A stretch of DNA of 64,000 nt from assembly GCA_013298895.1 (NCBI GenBank), contig JAAFJM010000015.1, positions 7,811 through 71,810 of the forward strand, read 5' to 3'. The position numbers and the translations under genes were made by a program. Source of the stretch: Bacteroidota bacterium. GTDB taxonomy: Bacteria > Bacteroidota > Bacteroidia > UKL13-3. Within the stretch, counting starts at the first letter, position 1. Each line of letters begins with the position of its first letter. Positions 37,283 to 47,013 of this stretch are shown piece after piece. The notes beneath the pieces were generated by a model. That model did not search any database and had not been told where the DNA came from. It saw only the letters and a program-made list of their open reading frames with translations.

Positions 37283-40129
37283 CTATCTAGCGGCTTTAAA
37301 ATTTCTAATATTATAAGTAAACACGAGCATAAAATATCGATTTAAAACTTGGGTTTTGTTATCTTCTATTGAATTACCAAAAATGGTCCTATTAATGTTG
37401 TTGTTTTGATTTAAAATGTCAAAAGTATTTAACAACAATTCTGCTGCATTATTTTTCCCAAATTTATAGCCAAAACCTCCGCTCCATAAAAAGAAATTTT
37501 GATTAAAATTATCACCAAGTCCAGTGTAATATGTATTAGTAATATCAGTTCTTACTATCAATCCTTTCCAAAGCATTAAATTTAATTTAGCCGCACTTAT
37601 TTGATAAAAATAATTATTGTTAGCATTGGCATTCAGGGTATTCTCTACCACATTGTAAAAAGCGGTATATGATATGGTGAAATCTATTTTTTCATTAATA
37701 TTACTACCAAGAGCAAATCCTGAAGTGAGTGTGTATGTATTGGCGTAGTTGATTAAATTATTAGTTTTACTTGGTGTTCTAGTATAGGTTGTTCCTAGGT
37801 TAATATTTAAATTACTTTTAAGCATTTTAACTGGAAACCCATAAGTAATAAAACTATTGATATTCCAATAGCCATCAAAATTTTCTGGTTTAATTAATTG
37901 CGAACCTTTGCTTAAAACAATATTGTCTATCATTTTACTGCTGTCTCGGACTGTATAAGTGTTGTTACCAATATAATTTTGGGTATTGTTAGCATTTATA
38001 AATAAGTAGAAAGTTTTGCCTTTATCAGGGTTTGAAAAACCATAACGAGTTACCAAAACATTGCTATATTCTTGTAAAAGGTTGCTATTTCCTGTGCTCA
38101 AACTTAATGGATTGGTATTGTCTAACACATTTTGTAATTGATTAATGCTTGGTGCATTGGTATTGGTTCTATAAAAAATTCTAACATTGTTCTTTTTATT
38201 GAATTGATAGCTAATCATAGCACCTGGAAGTATGTTGTTAAAGTTTTTTCGCATCACATTAGGAATTGGTGTTTTTTGAATACCTTCCAGTGATACTAAT
38301 TGGTAGTTGGCTCCAATCATAAAATTTGTTTTTTCACCAATTTTTAGACGGTAATTAAAACCTCCTCTTTGTGTAGTAATTGTGTTTTCAAAATTACTTG
38401 ATAAACTTCCATTTAAAATGGTGTATTCATTATTAACCGAATCTTTATTATTAGTATTTTTATCATTAGCGTTGATGCTATATGAAGGGGAATAATTTAG
38501 CATTAGCATCCCATTTTTTCCAATTTGTTCTGTATAATTTATAGCTCCCGAATGATTAATAGAATTACCGCTAGTAGTTGTTTTTTGATCCAGTTTATAT
38601 ACAGAATCATTTGGTAAATAATAGTTGTTTTGTGAGAATAAATTAGTACTGCCATTTTTATTGTTTACATCAGTTCCAATATTAAATGAAATGGTTCGGC
38701 CTTGCTTCGTGAATTTATGTCTATATAAAATATTGTTGTTCAAACTAATTCCTTCGTTTTTAGATGTATTGGTATTAATGGTTGTATTCAAAAGTGAATC
38801 ATAAAACTTATTACTACCATTATTTGAATTTGAGGAATTGTTGTTTTGAAAACTTAATTTTGGTGTTACAATTATTGAATTACTGGAATCTAGGTTATAC
38901 TCCAACCTTAAGTTGATTCGGTGGTTGTAATTATCTGATTGATTAATGCTTTTTTGGTTATAAACTTGATCAAATCCTTGACCTAAAATAGTTAAACGCT
39001 GTAAATCACTTACAGTGTTATTATTAGATTGATTGAAAAAGTAGCTGCCTGTAAAATTTAATTTTTTACCCCAATTGTCACTGAAATTTATTCCAATCGA
39101 ATTGCTTTTATTGATACCACCTTGATTTCCTACTGCAAAGTTGTTGCTAGCATTTCCACCACCACCTCCTTGGCCTCCCATCATACCTCCTCCACCAAAG
39201 CCGCGCCCCCCCATTACCCCTCTTCCTTGATTACCAGTATTTGCAAGCCCTAATAAATCCTGAGAACCAAAATTTTGTTGGTTTATATTATTGCTTAATC
39301 CTAGAAAAGAAATGCGCTGTTTGCCTTTAAAAAAATTGATATTTCCACCTGCAGTATACCTTTCATTGGTTCCTGCTCCTGTATATAAACGTCCAAAATT
39401 ACCATTGCTTTTCCCTGATTTGGTGGTAATATTTATGGCTTTTTGAGTATTGCCATCGTTAAATCCAGTGAATTGAGATTGGTCGCTTTGTCTATCAAAA
39501 ACTTGTATTTTATCTACAACTTCGGCAGGTAAATTTTTAAGAGCTAAGGTTACATCATCCCCAAAAAATTCTTTACCATCAATGGTAACTTTTTGTACAT
39601 TTTCACCCTGAGCTTTTACTGTTCCATTTTCTATTGTTATACCAGGCATTTTGGTTACCAAGTCTTGCACATTGGCGTCTGGATTGGTTTTAAAAGCATT
39701 GGCATTATATTCTGTAGTATCATCTTTCTGTTGAGATCTAATAACTCTCTCCTGTATATTAACATCCTTAAGTTGATTTGGATTTCTTGATAAACTAAAG
39801 GTTCCTAAGTTTTGATTAGCTTCAGTTAATTGGATGGAAATTTCTTCTTTTTTAAAACCAACATAACTAAATTTAATAGCATAGAAACCTTGAGGTAATT
39901 CATTTACAATAAACTTCCCTTCACTATTAGTATTTGTAAATATCTTTTTTGTACTATCCTGCTTGTATATAAACAAAACACTTACACCAACTAATGGTTG
40001 TTTTGCTTTTACGTCAACAACTATTCCAAAAGCTTTTTCAACCACTTGCGCATTTGTTTTATTTAAAATATTTAAATGGACTAAAGCCATTATTATAATA
40101 ATTAAATAGTTTGATTGTTTTTGTTTCAT
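37283..40129 (-). CDS. Outer-membrane beta-barrel protein with an N-terminal carboxypeptidase-regulatory-like domain (TonB-dependent-receptor-like family)
   Basis: Signal peptide, then the N-terminal VVDVKAKQPLVGVSVLF...GFYAIKFSYVGFKKEEI (CarbopepD_reg-like). It has a long beta-strand-rich body, a Gly/Met-rich loop (GRGFGGGGMMGGQGGGGGN) and a terminal aromatic residue. Confidence 0.6.
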   Translation of the reverse strand: MKQKQSNYLIIIIMALVHLNILNKTNAQVVEKAFGIVVDVKAKQPLVGVSVLFIYKQDSTKKIFTNTNSEGKFIVNELPQGFYAIKFSYVGFKKEEISIQLTEANQNLGTFSLSRNPNQLKDVNIQERVIRSQQKDDTTEYNANAFKTNPDANVQDLVTKMPGITIENGTVKAQGENVQKVTIDGKEFFGDDVTLALKNLPAEVVDKIQVFDRQSDQSQFTGFNDGNTQKAINITTKSGKSNGNFGRLYTGAGTNERYTAGGNINFFKGKQRISFLGLSNNINQQNFGSQDLLGLANTGNQGRGVMGGRGFGGGGMMGGQGGGGGNASNNFAVGNQGGINKSNSIGINFSDNWGKKLNFTGSYFFNQSNNNTVSDLQRLTILGQGFDQVYNQKSINQSDNYNHRINLRLEYNLDSSNSIIVTPKLSFQNNNSSNSNNGSNKFYDSLLNTTINTNTSKNEGISLNNNILYRHKFTKQGRTISFNIGTDVNNKNGSTNLFSQNNYYLPNDSVYKLDQKTTTSGNSINHSGAINYTEQIGKNGMLMLNYSPSYSINANDKNTNNKDSVNNEYTILNGSLSSNFENTITTQRGGFNYRLKIGEKTNFMIGANYQLVSLEGIQKTPIPNVMRKNFNNILPGAMISYQFNKKNNVRIFYRTNTNAPSINQLQNVLDNTNPLSLSTGNSNLLQEYSNVLVTRYGFSNPDKGKTFYLFINANNTQNYIGNNTYTVRDSSKMIDNIVLSKGSQLIKPENFDGYWNINSFITYGFPVKMLKSNLNINLGTTYTRTPSKTNNLINYANTYTLTSGFALGSNINEKIDFTISYTAFYNVVENTLNANANNNYFYQISAAKLNLMLWKGLIVRTDITNTYYTGLGDNFNQNFFLWSGGFGYKFGKNNAAELLLNTFDILNQNNNINRTIFGNSIEDNKTQVLNRYFMLVFTYNIRNFKAAR

Positions 40130-40268
40130 AAATCAATATTTAAATTGAAGTTAGCGAATGTAGATTTAAAATACGCCATAAAGTTTAATTCACGTAAATA
40201 AAAAAATTAAAATTAAATGTTTCCATCCACTAACTTAATTGCTAAATTGCGCCAAATAGTTTTTAAAA

Positions 40269-40571
40269 ATGTATACAAATACACTGCAAATAATTAAGGA
40301 AAATCCCATTGAAACATTTATATTAGGTAATCTTTATTTTATTATACCCTTAATACTTGTAGTAATATTTCTTTTTTTTACCAATAAATACTTGTTAAAT
40401 TTTAGTAACAAGTGTCCTAATTGTTCATCTGTTGATATTTCAAGAGTTAAAAAAAATAAATACTTAAAAACGATAGGATTTGACAATAAAACTATGAAAT
40501 TCAATTGTAGAAAGTGTCACTATAAATTTTATGTATTAGGAAATAATAGAGAGAAAAAAGTTAAGGTTTAA
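40269..40571 (+). CDS. hypothetical small membrane protein with a CxxC...CxxC zinc-ribbon
   Basis: One TM helix plus CPNCSS...CRKCHY. It overlaps the mtgA stop by 4 bp (convergent). Confidence 0.25.
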   Translation: MYTNTLQIIKENPIETFILGNLYFIIPLILVVIFLFFTNKYLLNFSNKCPNCSSVDISRVKKNKYLKTIGFDNKTMKFNCRKCHYKFYVLGNNREKKVKV

Positions 40572-41305
40572 TCATTTTTCTTTTTCTGTTGCCAAGGTAT
40601 TTTAACATATTTCATGTATCTAACTAATATGGCTTCCTTCCGTGCAATGTATCTTGAGGGTTTATTGGCTGTCCATCTTCTAGGGTTTGGAAAACAAGCA
40701 ACTATCGAGGCTGCTTCTTGTTTGGTTAATTCGCTTGCTGATTTGTTGTAATAAAAATTTGCTGCAGCCTCTGCACCATAAATTCCTTTACCCATTTCTA
40801 TGATGTTAAGATATACTTCTAAAATTCTACGTTTATTCCAAAGTAATTCAATACTTATGGTAATATAAAACTCCAGCCCTTTTCTAATCCAGCTGCGACT
40901 AGGAGTAAAAAATAAATTTTTAGCAGTTTGCTGACTTATGGTACTTGCACCACGTAATTTTTTTCCTCCATTTATACTGCTTTCTATAGCTTTATAAATT
41001 TGTTCAAAATCAAAACCATAGTGCTCAAAAAATTGTAAATCCTCACCAACAATGGTAGCTTTTATCATGTTATTGCCAATATAATCAATTCCTCGCCAAG
41101 ATTTATTTAACCTAACTTCATCGCTGCCACCTATTTGTTCAACAAGCCTTACTAAATGCAATGGGGTAATTGGAACAGGAACTACTCGGTATAATACAAT
41201 AAGCATAAAACTATATTGCCAAGAAAGTAAAAATAACTTTAATAACCAGTTTTTAAGTTTAACTAGTTTTGCCTTAAGCGCTTTTATGTGTTTATTATTG
41301 TTCAA
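40568..41305 (-). CDS. mtgA: monofunctional biosynthetic peptidoglycan transglycosylase
   Basis: GT51 motifs EDLQFFEHYGFD, RGASTISQQTAKNLF and RKGLEFYITISIELLW with an N-terminal TM anchor. Confidence 0.8.
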   Translation of the reverse strand: MNNNKHIKALKAKLVKLKNWLLKLFLLSWQYSFMLIVLYRVVPVPITPLHLVRLVEQIGGSDEVRLNKSWRGIDYIGNNMIKATIVGEDLQFFEHYGFDFEQIYKAIESSINGGKKLRGASTISQQTAKNLFFTPSRSWIRKGLEFYITISIELLWNKRRILEVYLNIIEMGKGIYGAEAAANFYYNKSASELTKQEAASIVACFPNPRRWTANKPSRYIARKEAILVRYMKYVKIPWQQKKKND

Positions 41306-41409
41306 AATATAAATTGCGCAGCAAGTTTACAAAATCATTATCAAATCTGTGTTTGTTTTATGTACAAAGCAGTGTTTATTTGTATCTTTTTAAAATATAA
41401 AAATAAATA

Positions 41410-42729
41410 GTGATACAAGCCTTTCAAATTAAACTTGCAATTTTCTTCATTTTATTTGCGTTACTTATAGATTCTTATAGTTGGCAGGCTATAAGAGCTT
41501 TGGTTAGGGATAAATCAAACCTTACACGTAAAATTTTTGCCTACATTTATTGGACTATACCTGTAATTGTAACTATTTATTTCATTCATGGACTTTTATT
41601 TCCTGGACAAAACAATAATAAATTTATAAAAATTTATTTCAACGGATTCTACTTTGTCATTTATGCATCCAAATTTGTGGTATGCTTATTTTTAGTTTTT
41701 GATGATTTGAAGCGACTTTCTAAAATTTGTTGGTTAGGCTTATTCAAATCAAGTAAAAAAAATCTGATTGAACCAACTCAAGGCGATACCCTTGAACATA
41801 TTCATGAAGAAAAAGAAGAAGAAAAGGAAAAAATTAGCCGTAGTCAATTTTTAGCAAGCACAGGTTTGTTGGTAGGTGCTGTTCCATTTATTATTTTGTC
41901 GCGTGGTATTATAAAAGGTGCTTACGATTACCGTGTTCGTAGGGTTCAGTTGTATTTGCCTAATCTTCCTTCTGGTTTCGAAGGTGTAAAAATTTTGCAA
42001 GTGAGTGATATACACTCGGGAAGTTTTACCAATAGAGATGCTGTTTACAAAGGCATTCAAATGATAAAAGCAGAAAATGCAGACGTAGTTTTTTTTACAG
42101 GCGATATAGTTAATAGTAAAACTGATGAATTATATGATTGGCAGAATCTTTTTGCCGAAATTAAAGCACCAATGGGTGTATTTAGTATTTATGGTAATCA
42201 TGATTATGGGGATTATGTAAATACTTGGAAAAGTAAAGAAGAAAAAGATAAGAATTTGGCGGATTTAGCAAATGCTCATAAAAATATGGGTTGGAATTTG
42301 CTAAGAAATGAACACATTACACTAACTAAAAATAACCAACGTATTGGAATTATAGGTGTTGAAAATTGGGGAGATAAAGGTCGTTTTCAAAAATATGGCG
42401 ATGTAGAAAAAGCCACTAAAAATATGCCTGATGTGCCTGTAAAACTATTATTATCACACGATCCAAGTCATTTTGATAGCATAGTAAGTAAGCAACATCA
42501 AGAAATAGATGTTACCTTTAGTGGTCATACACATGGTTTTCAATTTGGTGTTGAAATTGGTGGTTTTAAATGGAGTCCTTCTCAATACATTTATCCTCAT
42601 TGGGCTGGATTATACCAAGAAGGTCGCCAACAATTATATGTGAACAGAGGATTTGGGTTTTTAGGTTACCCAGGAAGGGTTGGCATTTTACCTGAAATTA
42701 CGGTATTTACTTTAACTAAAAATAGTTAA
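41410..42729 (+). CDS. membrane-anchored metallophosphoesterase (calcineurin-like)
   Basis: N-terminal TM region, then VKILQVSDIHSG, GDIVN, GNHDY and SGHTHG motifs. Confidence 0.7.
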   Translation: MIQAFQIKLAIFFILFALLIDSYSWQAIRALVRDKSNLTRKIFAYIYWTIPVIVTIYFIHGLLFPGQNNNKFIKIYFNGFYFVIYASKFVVCLFLVFDDLKRLSKICWLGLFKSSKKNLIEPTQGDTLEHIHEEKEEEKEKISRSQFLASTGLLVGAVPFIILSRGIIKGAYDYRVRRVQLYLPNLPSGFEGVKILQVSDIHSGSFTNRDAVYKGIQMIKAENADVVFFTGDIVNSKTDELYDWQNLFAEIKAPMGVFSIYGNHDYGDYVNTWKSKEEKDKNLADLANAHKNMGWNLLRNEHITLTKNNQRIGIIGVENWGDKGRFQKYGDVEKATKNMPDVPVKLLLSHDPSHFDSIVSKQHQEIDVTFSGHTHGFQFGVEIGGFKWSPSQYIYPHWAGLYQEGRQQLYVNRGFGFLGYPGRVGILPEITVFTLTKNS

Positions 42730-42774
42730 GGTAATAGGCTGTATTTTTTAGCCTATTACCTTTATTGGTTGTAT

Positions 42775-44328
42775 TTATTTAGTTTCCAGAACAATGAATG
42801 GAACTATCATTTCTTCTAAACTAATTCCACCATGTTGAAACGAATTGTTATACATGTTTACATGGTAGTTATAATTGTTAGGATAAGCCATAAAATCTTC
42901 TCCAGTAGCAAATGCGTAGCTAGTACTCATATTTTGTTTTGGTAAAAATAGGTCAGCTGGATTTTTTACTCCAAATAACTCTTTGGCATTATAGCTTAAA
43001 TTACGTCCTTGTTTGTAGCGTAAATTAGTGCTAGTACTTTTATCTCCAATAATTTTTACTGGATTTTTTACCCTAATTGAACCATGATCGGTTGTAATAA
43101 TTACACGTACTTTTTTCTGAGCAATTTTTTTGATGGTTTCAAATAATGGAGAATGTTCAAACCAACTTGCTGTAATACTGCGGTAAGCAGCTTCATCTTC
43201 GGCTAGTTCTTTCATTACATTCATTTCGGTACGCACATGGCTCAGCATATCTACAAAGTTGTAAACTATTACGTTAAATTTGTTATCCATAAAATTAGCT
43301 ACATCATCTATTAAGTTTTTACCTGCTTGTAAATTGGTAACTTTGGTGTAGGTAATTTTTTCTTTATAGCCCAAGCGTTGCATTTGTTTATTAATGAACT
43401 CTTCTTCATAAATATTCTTGCCTTCATCCTCCTCTTCATTTACCCAAAGGTTTGGATATAATTTTTCAATTTCACTCGGCATCATACCTGCAAAAAAGCT
43501 ATTTCTAGCATAATGAGTAGTAGTAGGTAAAATAGTTAAATAAGTATCTTCGCTAATAATATTAAAGTATTCTGTCAACTGGTTTTGAACCATTTTCCAT
43601 TGATCGTACCTAAAATTATCAATCATAATTAAAAAGGTAGGTATTTCTTTATCAATGGCGGGCATCAGTTTTTTATTAACCACTGTATGACTCATGGCAG
43701 GAGTTTGCGCATTAGGTTTCTTTAAAAAATCAATAAAGTTTTTTTCAATATATTTAACCCAAGCATTATTGGCATCGCGTTTTTGCATGGCCAAAATTTC
43801 GTCCATTCCAGTGTCGCCACTTTTAGCCAATTCTAATTCCCAATAAATTAATTTTTTGTAAAGCGCTACCCAACTTTCGTAACCATCTACATCATATAAT
43901 TCCATGGCTATTTGCCTAAACTCTTGTTGGTAGTTTTGAGCAGTTTTTTCAGTAACCAATTGCTTACTATCCAAAATGCGTTTAAGCGAAAGTAAAATTT
44001 GGCTTGAGTTAACAGGCTTAATTAAGTAATCAGCTATTTGATTACCAATAGCATCTTCCATAATATGTTCTTCTTCGCTTTTGGTAATCATAACTATGGG
44101 CACTTCGGGCATTATGGCTTTTATTTGGCTCAATGCCTCTAAACCACTAATACCTGGCATGTTTTCATCTAAAAAAATTACATCATAACGTTTTAGTTTT
44201 ACTGCATCTACTGCATCTACACCGCTAGTTACTTTATCTACAGTATATCCTTTGTTGGTTAAATAAATTATATGAGGCTTTAATAAATCTATCTCATCAT
44301 CGGCCCATAAAATGCTTGTATTGCTCAT
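42775..44328 (-). CDS. porX: PorX-like orphan response regulator (receiver domain fused to a PglZ/alkaline-phosphatase-superfamily domain), T9SS-associated regulator
   Basis: The N-terminal CheY-like receiver (ILWADDEIDLL...DVIFLDENMPGISGLE...IVMITKSEEE) is followed by a ~390-aa PglZ-like domain. The 517-aa size matches PorX. Confidence 0.6.
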   Translation of the reverse strand: MSNTSILWADDEIDLLKPHIIYLTNKGYTVDKVTSGVDAVDAVKLKRYDVIFLDENMPGISGLEALSQIKAIMPEVPIVMITKSEEEHIMEDAIGNQIADYLIKPVNSSQILLSLKRILDSKQLVTEKTAQNYQQEFRQIAMELYDVDGYESWVALYKKLIYWELELAKSGDTGMDEILAMQKRDANNAWVKYIEKNFIDFLKKPNAQTPAMSHTVVNKKLMPAIDKEIPTFLIMIDNFRYDQWKMVQNQLTEYFNIISEDTYLTILPTTTHYARNSFFAGMMPSEIEKLYPNLWVNEEEDEGKNIYEEEFINKQMQRLGYKEKITYTKVTNLQAGKNLIDDVANFMDNKFNVIVYNFVDMLSHVRTEMNVMKELAEDEAAYRSITASWFEHSPLFETIKKIAQKKVRVIITTDHGSIRVKNPVKIIGDKSTSTNLRYKQGRNLSYNAKELFGVKNPADLFLPKQNMSTSYAFATGEDFMAYPNNYNYHVNMYNNSFQHGGISLEEMIVPFIVLETK

Positions 44329-44457
44329 TAGTTTTTAATTGTTTTTTGCAAAGATTACTTGTTTACTTAAAAATAAAAATAGTTTGTGTGTTAATTTGGT
44401 TTACTTTTATAAAAGGTAAATATAACGCAGTTTTCGGAGTTTTAGTGTTTTTGTTTA

Positions 44458-44504
44458 TTAACGTTGCGGCAGACCTGCGTGTCTGCCCGAAAAATGATAA
44501 AACC
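44458..44504. repeat. ~47-bp repeat copy A (AACGTTGYGGCAGACC...CCGAAAAATGATAAAA) with an internal GGCAGAC/GTCTGCC hairpin
   Basis: Direct repeat partner of 46617..46669. It precedes the paralog pair. Confidence 0.6.
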
Positions 44505-44598
44505 AAAAAATAAGAAACAAACGTTTAAAGGATTGTAATCCATTTTCATTTTTTTAATTAATTCAAAAAACTTTTGCGTAATTGCTGTTGATATAAAT

Positions 44599-45606
44599 AT
44601 GCTAACAATGAAACCCAAAATCTTGCTTATTCTTTTATTTTTAAATCTAACTTCTTTTGCACAAATAAGCTATTTATTAAACATAGATTCAATTCCTAAA
44701 ACGCCCAATTTACCGCAACACCTAGTCTTGTATTATAAAAATGCCAATGAAGCCAAATGGCTTTTTTACAATAAAAAATACAAAGAAGCCATCGTAAAAT
44801 ATAAAACCGCCTTTGAAATAGCCAAGCCACAAGCGCAGCATATTGGCGATTTGATGCAATGCTATTTTGAGTCAAATCAAAAAGACTCTGCCGTAAAATA
44901 TGCCGAATTTTGTATAAAAAACTTTGGACTTGATGTATATAGAATGGTAAAAGATTCGAGTATTAATAGCTTTTATAGTTTAGAGATTTTCAAAAAACCT
45001 TTGTCAGAATTTTATGCCAAAGATAATACTATTAGGAAAGTGATTATGATTGAACATTACTTACACAATGACCATTTTTTTAGATCAGAGTTTGCTAATT
45101 TTAACTTGGGAAATGAAGTAAAAAACAAAGATGAATTTGCTTTTAAAATAGCACTACAATATGATAGTATTTATGCAATTCCATACATTACAAATTTGAT
45201 TAAAGAATTCAACTTTCCAAATGAATACGATATTGGTTATTACTCAGTCAAAAATATAATGTTTTTGTTGCGCCATTATAATATTGAAAGAGATGTTTAC
45301 GATAGCGCACTTTATAACGGAAAAACGTTGCCTGAAGATTATGCTAGCTTAACAGATTATAAGTTCAATACGGACTGGGAAGCCTTAATAAAAGAAAACA
45401 AGTTTAGACCAAAAAATAATTATGGTCCAAATTTGAAAGAAATAAATAACAAAATGGTAGTTGGTGAATTAGATGATATTGAAAATGTAGATAAAAGACG
45501 AGAAGCCATTGGATTAATGCCTTTGTGGCAATATGCCAAATACAAAAAATTTGAATTGTCGGATGCTTATAAAAATGTTCTCAAAAAACAAAAAATTAAA
45601 TACTAA
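44599..45606 (+). CDS. hypothetical secreted protein, tandem paralog 1
   Basis: Signal peptide MKPKILLILLFLNLTSFAQ. The C-terminal block KRREAIGLMPLWQY is shared with paralog 2 (KRRSEIGLMTIEEQ). I do not recognise the family. Confidence 0.5.
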   Translation: MLTMKPKILLILLFLNLTSFAQISYLLNIDSIPKTPNLPQHLVLYYKNANEAKWLFYNKKYKEAIVKYKTAFEIAKPQAQHIGDLMQCYFESNQKDSAVKYAEFCIKNFGLDVYRMVKDSSINSFYSLEIFKKPLSEFYAKDNTIRKVIMIEHYLHNDHFFRSEFANFNLGNEVKNKDEFAFKIALQYDSIYAIPYITNLIKEFNFPNEYDIGYYSVKNIMFLLRHYNIERDVYDSALYNGKTLPEDYASLTDYKFNTDWEALIKENKFRPKNNYGPNLKEINNKMVVGELDDIENVDKRREAIGLMPLWQYAKYKKFELSDAYKNVLKKQKIKY

Positions 45607-45612
45607 ACAACT

Positions 45613-46617
45613 ATGAAACACAAACTTCTTTTAAAATTCAGCATTGCCTTTTGCCTATTTTTTGCAATTGCGCAGCAAGCATTCAGCCAAACCCAAAAAT
45701 CTTATTTGGGATATTACAGCTTAATCAATGAAGCTGAAATGTTAACCTTTGAAAACAAAAACGAACAAGCTTTACAAAAATATTTGGAAGCCTTTAAACA
45801 ATATGATGGCTTTGAAGAAGATTATTTAAAGGCAGTGAAATTGGCTTTGAAACAAACTAATGCTGAAATAACTTTTAATTTATTAAAAGAAAAAGCACAA
45901 AAAACAGGTTGGTTTACCGATGAATTATTTGATAAAAATAAAATAGATAGTTTTACACAAACTAAAATGGGAAAACTATATTTAAAAAATAAAGAAAATT
46001 GGTTTGAACAAAATAAAAAAGCATATGATTTGTATGCTTATGGTTTAACAAAATCAATAGATGCAATAGACCAATTTGTTAGAACTAATTTCTTAAGAAC
46101 TAGTAAAAATAACTTCATAAATGATAGTTTGAAAAATGTAACATTTTATAATATTCTGAACGAAACGGATAATAAAAACTTTGCAAGATTCAAAGATTTT
46201 GTTTCAAATTATGGGTTCCCAGGAAAAAGTAAATTAGGTGGTAAGACCTTACATATAAGTACATTTATTACACATGTTTTTAAATACAGTGATATTTTAG
46301 ATAGCAATTGTTCTCAGTTTGATAAAGACAAGTTTTACTATTTAGATTCTTTGTTGAAAATTCAAATAATTAAAGGTGAATACAGATGTAATGATTTTGC
46401 ATATTGCTACGACTATTCATTAGGAAATGACAGCATTTCATATTATGCTTATCCTAGATATACTTTTAGTGAATCAGGTAAAAGAGTATTAATCAATTTT
46501 CCTGTTATTGACCCCAAAAACCTAAACAAACGAAGATCAGAAATTGGCCTAATGACTATAGAAGAACAATGTAAAATATATGGCGTTCCATTGCCACCAA
46601 ATTATAAATCAATTTAA
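45613..46617 (+). CDS. hypothetical secreted protein, tandem paralog 2
   Basis: Signal peptide MKHKLLLKFSIAFCLFFAIAQQAFSQ. It starts 6 bp after paralog 1 and has similar length and C-terminal block. Confidence 0.5.
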   Translation: MKHKLLLKFSIAFCLFFAIAQQAFSQTQKSYLGYYSLINEAEMLTFENKNEQALQKYLEAFKQYDGFEEDYLKAVKLALKQTNAEITFNLLKEKAQKTGWFTDELFDKNKIDSFTQTKMGKLYLKNKENWFEQNKKAYDLYAYGLTKSIDAIDQFVRTNFLRTSKNNFINDSLKNVTFYNILNETDNKNFARFKDFVSNYGFPGKSKLGGKTLHISTFITHVFKYSDILDSNCSQFDKDKFYYLDSLLKIQIIKGEYRCNDFAYCYDYSLGNDSISYYAYPRYTFSESGKRVLINFPVIDPKNLNKRRSEIGLMTIEEQCKIYGVPLPPNYKSI

Positions 46618-46669
46618 CCAACGTTGTGGCAGACCAGCTTTTCTGACCGAAAAATGATAAAATAATCGG
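46617..46669. repeat. ~47-bp repeat copy B (degenerate)
   Basis: AACGTTGTGGCAGACCAGCTTTTCTGACCGAAAAATGATAAAA, directly after paralog 2. Confidence 0.6.
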
Positions 46670-46714
46670 TTAATGCCTTTGTGGCAATATGCCAAATTCT
46701 AAAAATTTTGAAGC
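46670..46714 (+). pseudogene. Duplicated 3'-end fragment of paralog 1 (gene remnant)
   Basis: TTAATGCCTTTGTGGCAATATGCCAAATTCTAAAAATTTTGAA is ~40/43 identical to 45514..45555, the codons for GLMPLWQYAKYKKFE. No upstream gene body is present. Confidence 0.5.
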
Positions 46715-46744
46715 TCCAAGGCAATTGATAAAATGGCTTTTATA

Positions 46745-46848
46745 TTCCACAGGTTAATCTAGCAAGCTTTCGGGAAGTGGCAATTTATATTTAGTTCTTG
46801 GTTGTTCCTTGTTCATGTTTATGCCAAGCAGCACCAATAAGAATTTTT
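46745..46848. repeat. Dispersed repeat family members (TTCCACAGGYTAAT...AAGCTTTCGGGAAG...GTGGCAAT and AAGCAGCACCAATAAGAATTTT)
   Basis: Related copies occur at 48011..48032, 48050..48087, 48106..48153 and 51257..51280. Confidence 0.55.
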
Positions 46849-47013
46849 GAATTTAGCTTAAAAAACAGGTTTATCAATTCAGTTTTTAATTTCATTGTCA
46901 GTTTTTTGCCATTTAAATACTTTGTGAGGCAAAAAATCAAATTCTGCTATTTTCAAAAAAACTATATAAACCAAAGCATTGTTTAGTGGGTAAACCCAAA
47001 ACAATTATATATT

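Noticed and set aside
41410-42729. Internal SRSQFL segment of the metallophosphoesterase as a Tat signal
   Set aside because: It has a single Arg rather than a twin-Arg and lies after an N-terminal multi-TM region. It is more likely an ordinary TM or linker than a Tat motif.
46798-46986. 62-aa ORF in the repeat-rich gap before the SPFH gene
   Set aside because: It overlaps dispersed repeat copies, has no start context and no motif. It is most likely non-coding.
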